From NCBI GenBank assembly GCA_965242515.1, contig OZ251448.1, forward strand, positions 518,512 to 582,511: a stretch of 64,000 nt of DNA. The letters are read 5' to 3'. The position numbers were made by a program, and so were the translations under genes. The stretch comes from Bdellovibrionales bacterium. Lineage in GTDB: Bacteria > Bdellovibrionota > Bdellovibrionia > Bdellovibrionales > UBA1609. Below, piece by piece: positions 58,809-64,000 of this stretch (position 1 is the stretch's first letter; every line of letters begins with the position of its first letter). Under the pieces are notes generated by a model. That model did not search any database. It was not told the DNA's origin and saw only the letters and a list, made by a program, of their open reading frames with translations.

Positions 58809-59420
58809 ATGCATTATGACAAAAAAAAAATAATAGGGGCTTTGTTTTTTTTAGGCTTGAGCTTTGCTTGTGCTGCTTTTATTTACTTGTTATCTACTAA
58901 TACCATATCTTTAGCCTATAACGATGGTTACCAGCCGGATCAGCCCATACCTTTTTCGCACGCACTGCATGTGGGTCGCTACAAAATGGATTGCCGTTAT
59001 TGCCATGTAGCAGTGGAACAAGGCAGGCACGCCAGCATACCCAGTTTAGATATTTGTATGAACTGCCACCTCACTGTAAAAACCAATAGCCCCTGGATTC
59101 AAAAACTCACTAAGGCTTACCAAGATAAACAGCCTGTTGCATGGCAAAAGGTGCATCTCTTACCAGATTTTGTGAAATTCAACCACTCTCTGCATATTAA
59201 AGCACTCACACAAAAAAAATCACCTCTATCGGCAAAACATGCACTTTTTTTTGTGCCTAGCACGCAACAAATACAAAAAACCTGTACTACTTGCCACGGT
59301 GCAGTAGAGAATATGAATATCATTTATCAACATAGTTCTTTGTCTATGGGATGGTGTGTCAAATGCCACAGAAAGCCCGAACACAAAGCACCTACTAATT
59401 GCACTACTTGCCATTATTAG
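58809..59420 (+). CDS. actA: Alternative complex III subunit ActA, pentahaem cytochrome c
   Basis: N-terminal TM anchor and five CxxCH motifs (CRYCH, CMNCH, CTTCH, CVKCH, CTTCH). Followed by actB and actC. Confidence 0.85.
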   Translation: MHYDKKKIIGALFFLGLSFACAAFIYLLSTNTISLAYNDGYQPDQPIPFSHALHVGRYKMDCRYCHVAVEQGRHASIPSLDICMNCHLTVKTNSPWIQKLTKAYQDKQPVAWQKVHLLPDFVKFNHSLHIKALTQKKSPLSAKHALFFVPSTQQIQKTCTTCHGAVENMNIIYQHSSLSMGWCVKCHRKPEHKAPTNCTTCHY

Positions 59421-59523
59421 TAAAATAAAAAGAGCAAAGGATATAAAATAAACATTAGAATACAACATATATAAGTAAAAACATAAGGTATAAAAACAGA
59501 AAGCATAAATAGAAGGAGAAAAC

Positions 59524-62500
59524 ATGTCAGACAAACATTTTAAAACCCCACGCCCTAAATATTGGTTTAATTTAGAACAGTGGAGCAAGGATAGTGTTTT
59601 TAACAAAACAGCTAAGTCGGAATTTGTATCGCCTCCTTTATCTGAAAAAGAAATTGATGGCTTATGGGACAGGAGGGAGTTTTTAAAACTCATGGGGGCT
59701 TCTATGGCTTTAGCCAGTGTGGGTTGTATTCGTCGCCCTGCGGAAAAGATTGTGCCGTACATCAAGCGTCCAAAAGATGTTACCATCGGGAAAGCTAATT
59801 TCTACTCTTCTTCTTATTATGATGGGGAAGAGGGTTTTGGCATTGTGGTTAAAACCCGCTCTGGTCGCCCTATTAAGATAGAGGGTAACAGCGATCATCC
59901 TGTCAACAAAGGGGCATTGTCAGCCAGAGCTCATTCTCATTTACTAAGCTTATACGACCCTGAACGCTTACAACACCCGCAACATAATTTATTTAACAAA
60001 CAAAAAACCAATTCAGAATCCATCAATACTGAATATCCAGTAGCTGATAAAGATATTGTAGGGTATCTTCAAAAAAAGCGTGTGGCATTTCTCACGGGGG
60101 AGTGGCCATCTCCTGCGTCTTTTAAATTATTAAAAGATTTTTGCCACACTTTTAAGGCAAAGCATTTTGTATGGAATCCGTTAAACCATGTTGCTTTACA
60201 AAAAGCACAAAAAATATGTTATGGCAAAGCCATTACCCCACGCTTTATGCTAAATAGAGCGAGACTTGTGGTATCTATTAATTGTGATTTTTTAGGCACT
60301 TGGTTGTACCCTACGGAGATGACCAGGATGTATGCCAAAGCTCGCACGGCAAGTGCAGATATGAACCGCCTTATTGTATTTGAATCGCTTTTATCTCTTA
60401 CAGGCAGTAACGCTGACTACAGAGTGCGTATTTTACCTTCTCAAAACTTATATGTTGTGTTGGCGTTGGTACATTCGCTTATTCAAAAAGGTTTTGTGAA
60501 AGAAAAATGGCCCTCGCATTTACCTGCCATTCACACCCCTTGGAAAGTGATAGAAACAACTAAACAAAAATGGGACCAATTAGTAGAAAACTTATGGCAG
60601 TGGCGAGGGCAAAGTTTAATACTATCAGGTGGCTTAAGCACACAAACACATCAAAGTGAAAGTTTGCAAATTGCAACCCTTTGGCTTAACCACTTACTTA
60701 ATAATGACGGCTGGACTGTTAACTACAAACAACATTACCGCAATGCTACTTGGGAAAGTGATAACAATAACTTTGGCAGTCGTAATATAGAAGAGCTTAT
60801 TACACAATTAGAAAACGGTAAAATTGATACTCTTATTATCCATAAAACCAATCCTCTTTATACTTACCCTAATAGTGAAAGGTTACAAAAGGCTTTTAAA
60901 AAAGTAAAATGCATTGTCTACACAGGTGATAGAAAAGATGAAACAGGGAGGTTTGCAAACTACATTCTACCCGACCACCACGAGTTAGAAAAATGGTCTG
61001 ATTGGGAGTTTCAAAAAGGGGTGTTAAGTGTGCAGCAACCCACCATTCGCCCTCTTTATCATACAAGGGCTTTTGAAGATAGCTTAATAGCCTGGGCAAA
61101 GCTTAGCGGTAAAAAGTCTTTTCTAAAAGGTAGTACTTCTTGGTACCATTATTTAAGAAAAACTTTAAGCCTCACTGACGATAAATGGCATCAATTATTA
61201 CAAACAGGGGTGGTAGCTAATCAACCAATAGATAAGCGGTTAAGAGAAAGAAAGTTTAATCACCAAGCTCTAAAGCATATTCAAGGTGATATAAGTAACA
61301 CAGGTTTAGCTAAAGATACTTATCAGTTAGTGCTTTATGCTACAGGGGGGCTTAAAGACGGTACTTTAGCTAATGTATCGTGGCTACAGGAATTTCCCGA
61401 TCCTATCACAAAAATTTGTTGGGATAATTATTTTTGTATATCACCTAATACGGCAAAGCAAAGGGGTATTAAAGAAGGGCAAATTATTAAGGTTACTCGT
61501 CATGTGGAGCAGGCACAAGATATAACGGTTAAAGGTCCGGTCCATATTCAGCCGGGGCAGGCGGATAGGGTTGTGGCTTTAGCTTTAGGGTATGGGCGTC
61601 AAGGGGCTGGGCGTGTGGCTGACAGGGTAGGGGTAAGTGGTTACCCTTTAGCACAAGTGTCCTCTCAAACGGGGCAGGTGGCGTTTTCTGCTCTGTCAGT
61701 GAGTGTTAGACCCAGTAATCAGTCGGTGTCTTTAGCGAATGTGCAAGGGCATCATTCTATGGAGGGGCGGCAAATTGTGGTGGAGGCAACTTTAAAAAAT
61801 TATTTACAAAATCCGGGGGGGGCAATACATCGTCATAAATTATTTAGTTTATGGTCGGACCATGCTTACCCTAAGCATAAGTGGGGTATGGTGATTGACC
61901 TCAATTCTTGCACGGGGTGTTCTGCATGTGTCACTGCTTGTCAATCAGAAAACAACATCCCTGTAGTAGGTAAAGACTTAGTGTTACAAGGAAGAGAAAT
62001 GCACTGGATAAGGGTAGACCGTTACTATAAAGGCACACCACAAAACCCTTCTGTTGTGCATCAGCCTATTGTGTGTATGCATTGTGACAATGCCCCTTGC
62101 GAGACAGTATGCCCAGTAGCTGCCACGGTCCACAGTGATGAGGGTACAAACGATATGATTTACAATCGCTGTGTGGGTACTCGTTATTGCTCTAATAACT
62201 GCCCTTATAAAGTACGCCGCTTTAATTGGTTTAATTATGCTAAATTAAAAACCAAAACTCCCAAAGAGGCACTTAATCCAGAAGTCACTGTCCGCTCTCG
62301 TGGGGTTATGGAAAAATGTACTTTTTGTATCCACCGCATCCGTTCAGCTCAAGCTCAAGCTAAGTTAGAAAATCGGGAGTTGAAAGATGGCGACATACAA
62401 ACAGCATGTCAGCAATCTTGCCCAGCAGGGGCTATCGTGTTTGGTGATTTAAAAGACCCCGCCTCTAAAGTGCATAAAATGTTTAGCCGTCCTGACGCTT

Positions 62501-62613
62501 ACTCTTTATTAGAAGAACTAAATACTAAACCTGCCGTACGCTACCGTGTAAAAGTCAGAAACAAAGAAGAGACTTCATCCGATAATAGCCACAAGGAACA
62601 TCATCACGGGTAA
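59524..62613 (+). CDS. actB: Alternative complex III subunit ActB (molybdopterin-oxidoreductase-like domain fused to a 4Fe-4S ferredoxin domain)
   Basis: Tat-like RREFLKLMGASMALASVG. Large MopB-like N-terminal region. C-terminal Cys clusters CTGCSACVTAC, CMHCDNAPCETVCP, CVGTRYCSNNCP, CTFC...CQQSCP. Confidence 0.9.
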   Translation: MSDKHFKTPRPKYWFNLEQWSKDSVFNKTAKSEFVSPPLSEKEIDGLWDRREFLKLMGASMALASVGCIRRPAEKIVPYIKRPKDVTIGKANFYSSSYYDGEEGFGIVVKTRSGRPIKIEGNSDHPVNKGALSARAHSHLLSLYDPERLQHPQHNLFNKQKTNSESINTEYPVADKDIVGYLQKKRVAFLTGEWPSPASFKLLKDFCHTFKAKHFVWNPLNHVALQKAQKICYGKAITPRFMLNRARLVVSINCDFLGTWLYPTEMTRMYAKARTASADMNRLIVFESLLSLTGSNADYRVRILPSQNLYVVLALVHSLIQKGFVKEKWPSHLPAIHTPWKVIETTKQKWDQLVENLWQWRGQSLILSGGLSTQTHQSESLQIATLWLNHLLNNDGWTVNYKQHYRNATWESDNNNFGSRNIEELITQLENGKIDTLIIHKTNPLYTYPNSERLQKAFKKVKCIVYTGDRKDETGRFANYILPDHHELEKWSDWEFQKGVLSVQQPTIRPLYHTRAFEDSLIAWAKLSGKKSFLKGSTSWYHYLRKTLSLTDDKWHQLLQTGVVANQPIDKRLRERKFNHQALKHIQGDISNTGLAKDTYQLVLYATGGLKDGTLANVSWLQEFPDPITKICWDNYFCISPNTAKQRGIKEGQIIKVTRHVEQAQDITVKGPVHIQPGQADRVVALALGYGRQGAGRVADRVGVSGYPLAQVSSQTGQVAFSALSVSVRPSNQSVSLANVQGHHSMEGRQIVVEATLKNYLQNPGGAIHRHKLFSLWSDHAYPKHKWGMVIDLNSCTGCSACVTACQSENNIPVVGKDLVLQGREMHWIRVDRYYKGTPQNPSVVHQPIVCMHCDNAPCETVCPVAATVHSDEGTNDMIYNRCVGTRYCSNNCPYKVRRFNWFNYAKLKTKTPKEALNPEVTVRSRGVMEKCTFCIHRIRSAQAQAKLENRELKDGDIQTACQQSCPAGAIVFGDLKDPASKVHKMFSRPDAYSLLEELNTKPAVRYRVKVRNKEETSSDNSHKEHHHG

Positions 62614-62677
62614 AATATTATGAGTAAAATTATTATGACTAAAACAATTCAGCAAGTGTGTTAGCGAGTGTGTTATT

Positions 62678-64000
62678 ATGAATAGACCATCACTACTGGC
62701 AAAACGAAAAACCCTTAAAGCCATTACGGAAGACATAAGCTCTTTGACAGAAAAATGGCCAGGCTTTGCCTACTGGGGAGCTTTGTTCAGTGCAAAATCA
62801 TTATTTCTTTTTTACATTGTAGTTATGGGTACTATTGTGGCAGTAGGTATGGGGCTTATGGGTGTCAATCACCCTGTAGGTTGGGGAACGGATATTATCA
62901 CTTTTGTTTTTTGGATTGGTATTGGACATGCGGGAACTCTTATATCAGCTATTTTATTTTTATTTCGTCAAAAATGGCGAACATCTATTGCTCGCACTGC
63001 CGAGGCTATGACAGTGTTTGCTGTTATGACAGCAGGGGTGTTTCCGCTCCTGCATACAGGGCGACCTTGGTTTGCTTATTGGTTATTGCCTTACCCTAAT
63101 CAAAGGGGACCGTTGTGGGTGAATTTTCGCTCTCCTTTGGTATGGGATGTGTTTGCTGTTTCTACTTATGCCACTGTGTCTATTGTGTTTTGGTATATAG
63201 GTATGGTGCCGGATTTAGCAGTGCTTAGGGATAGGGCAAAGGGGATTCGTCGTCATATTTACGGGGTACTTTCTATGGGTTGGCGGGGGACTGCTCGCCA
63301 GTGGAGTCATTATGAAATGACTTATATGTTGTTGGCTGCTCTTTCTACCCCTTTGGTGCTATCGGTGCATAGTATTGTATCGTTTGATTTTGCTACAGCC
63401 AGTCTTCCGGGTTGGCACACAACCATTTTCCCACCTTATTTTGTAGCGGGGGCTATTTTTTCTGGCTTTGGGATGGTGGTAACCTTAATGTGCTTAGTGC
63501 GAAAGTTTGTACCACAATTTAAAGATTATGTGACTTTAAACCACTTAGAAGCTATGAACAAAATTATTTTAGTTACAGGTATGATGGTGGGTTATGCTTA
63601 TGCGTCAGAGTTTTTTATCGCTTGGTATTCAGGGTCGGATTTTGAACAGTATGTGTTTTTAAACAGAGCAGCAGGACCTTATTGGTGGTCTTATTGGATA
63701 ATGGTCTCTTGCAATGTGCTGATACCACAAATATTTTGGTTTAAAAAATTGCGTCGTCATATTGGGGTTATGTTTGTGGTATCTTTGTTGGTTAATGTAG
63801 GCATGTGGTTTGAAAGATATGTTATTGTCGTTACTTCTTTGCATCGGGATTTTTTACCTCCTAATTGGGGTATTTTTGATATGAGCTTTTTTGATTTTGG
63901 AGCTTTAATTGGTAGTTTTGGAATGTTTTTAACTTTGTTTTTGCTTTATATACGCACTTTACCCGCTGTATCTATTGCAGAAATAAAAACAATAGCTGAT
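62678..64000 (+). CDS. actC: Alternative complex III subunit ActC (NrfD/PsrC-like membrane subunit), 3' end beyond the window
   Basis: Not in the ORF track because it is open-ended. I read the frame from ATG 62678 to 64000 codon by codon with no stop. MNRPSLLAKRK...GVNHPVGWGTDIITFVFWIGIGHAGTLISAILFLFRQKWR...PYPNQRGPLWVNFRSPLVWDVFAVSTY is typical of NrfD-like quinol-interacting subunits. Confidence 0.9.
   Translation, partial: MNRPSLLAKRKTLKAITEDISSLTEKWPGFAYWGALFSAKSLFLFYIVVMGTIVAVGMGLMGVNHPVGWGTDIITFVFWIGIGHAGTLISAILFLFRQKWRTSIARTAEAMTVFAVMTAGVFPLLHTGRPWFAYWLLPYPNQRGPLWVNFRSPLVWDVFAVSTYATVSIVFWYIGMVPDLAVLRDRAKGIRRHIYGVLSMGWRGTARQWSHYEMTYMLLAALSTPLVLSVHSIVSFDFATASLPGWHTTIFPPYFVAGAIFSGFGMVVTLMCLVRKFVPQFKDYVTLNHLEAMNKIILVTGMMVGYAYASEFFIAWYSGSDFEQYVFLNRAAGPYWWSYWIMVSCNVLIPQIFWFKKLRRHIGVMFVVSLLVNVGMWFERYVIVVTSLHRDFLPPNWGIFDMSFFDFGALIGSFGMFLTLFLLYIRTLPAVSIAEIKTIAD

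Noticed and set aside
59226-59786. 186-aa minus-strand ORF across the actA-actB junction.
   Set aside because: It is antisense to two genes with strong motif support (CxxCH haems, Tat signal).

Overview
AT-rich bacterial chromosome segment, mostly housekeeping genes. I cannot assign a lineage without a database search. The gene content (alternative complex III, FHA-GGDEF, Fis-type HTH, many lipoproteins) loosely suggests a low-GC Bdellovibrionota/Oligoflexia-like or other delta-proteobacterium-like organism. Recognisable genes: partial xerC/D-type recombinase, ppsR-like kinase, nusB, polA, ftsB, an MtaB-like radical-SAM enzyme, PBP4, a family-5 solute-binding protein, PIN-PhoH ATPase, FHA-GGDEF cyclase, gdhA, mreC-mreD-mrdA-rodA, acyl-CoA dehydrogenase, greA, purH, a 23S-5S rRNA unit with no 16S nearby, a GT2 glycosyltransferase, and the start of an alternative complex III operon (actA-actB-actC, running off the window end). 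Two AT-rich accessory stretches interrupt this. At about 18.2-27.7 kb lie a TraB/GumN-like protein, a novel ~68-aa repeat protein and an all-lipoprotein locus of three VWA-like paralogues plus a pentapeptide-repeat protein. At about 46.9-52.0 kb lie an AAA ATPase, a broken lipoprotein gene, an ankyrin protein and an orphan ParA-like ATPase. The most unusual features are: an ORF-neutral palindromic repeat inserted in frame in polA; a composite structured repeat dispersed in intergenic regions; microsatellites next to lipoprotein genes; TAACAGCAG tandem arrays just upstream of two start codons; and a giant metzincin-type lipoprotein translationally coupled to a small outer-membrane barrel. No CRISPR array, tRNA, transposase or prophage was seen. 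All family assignments rest on motifs read by eye and on memory, not on searches.
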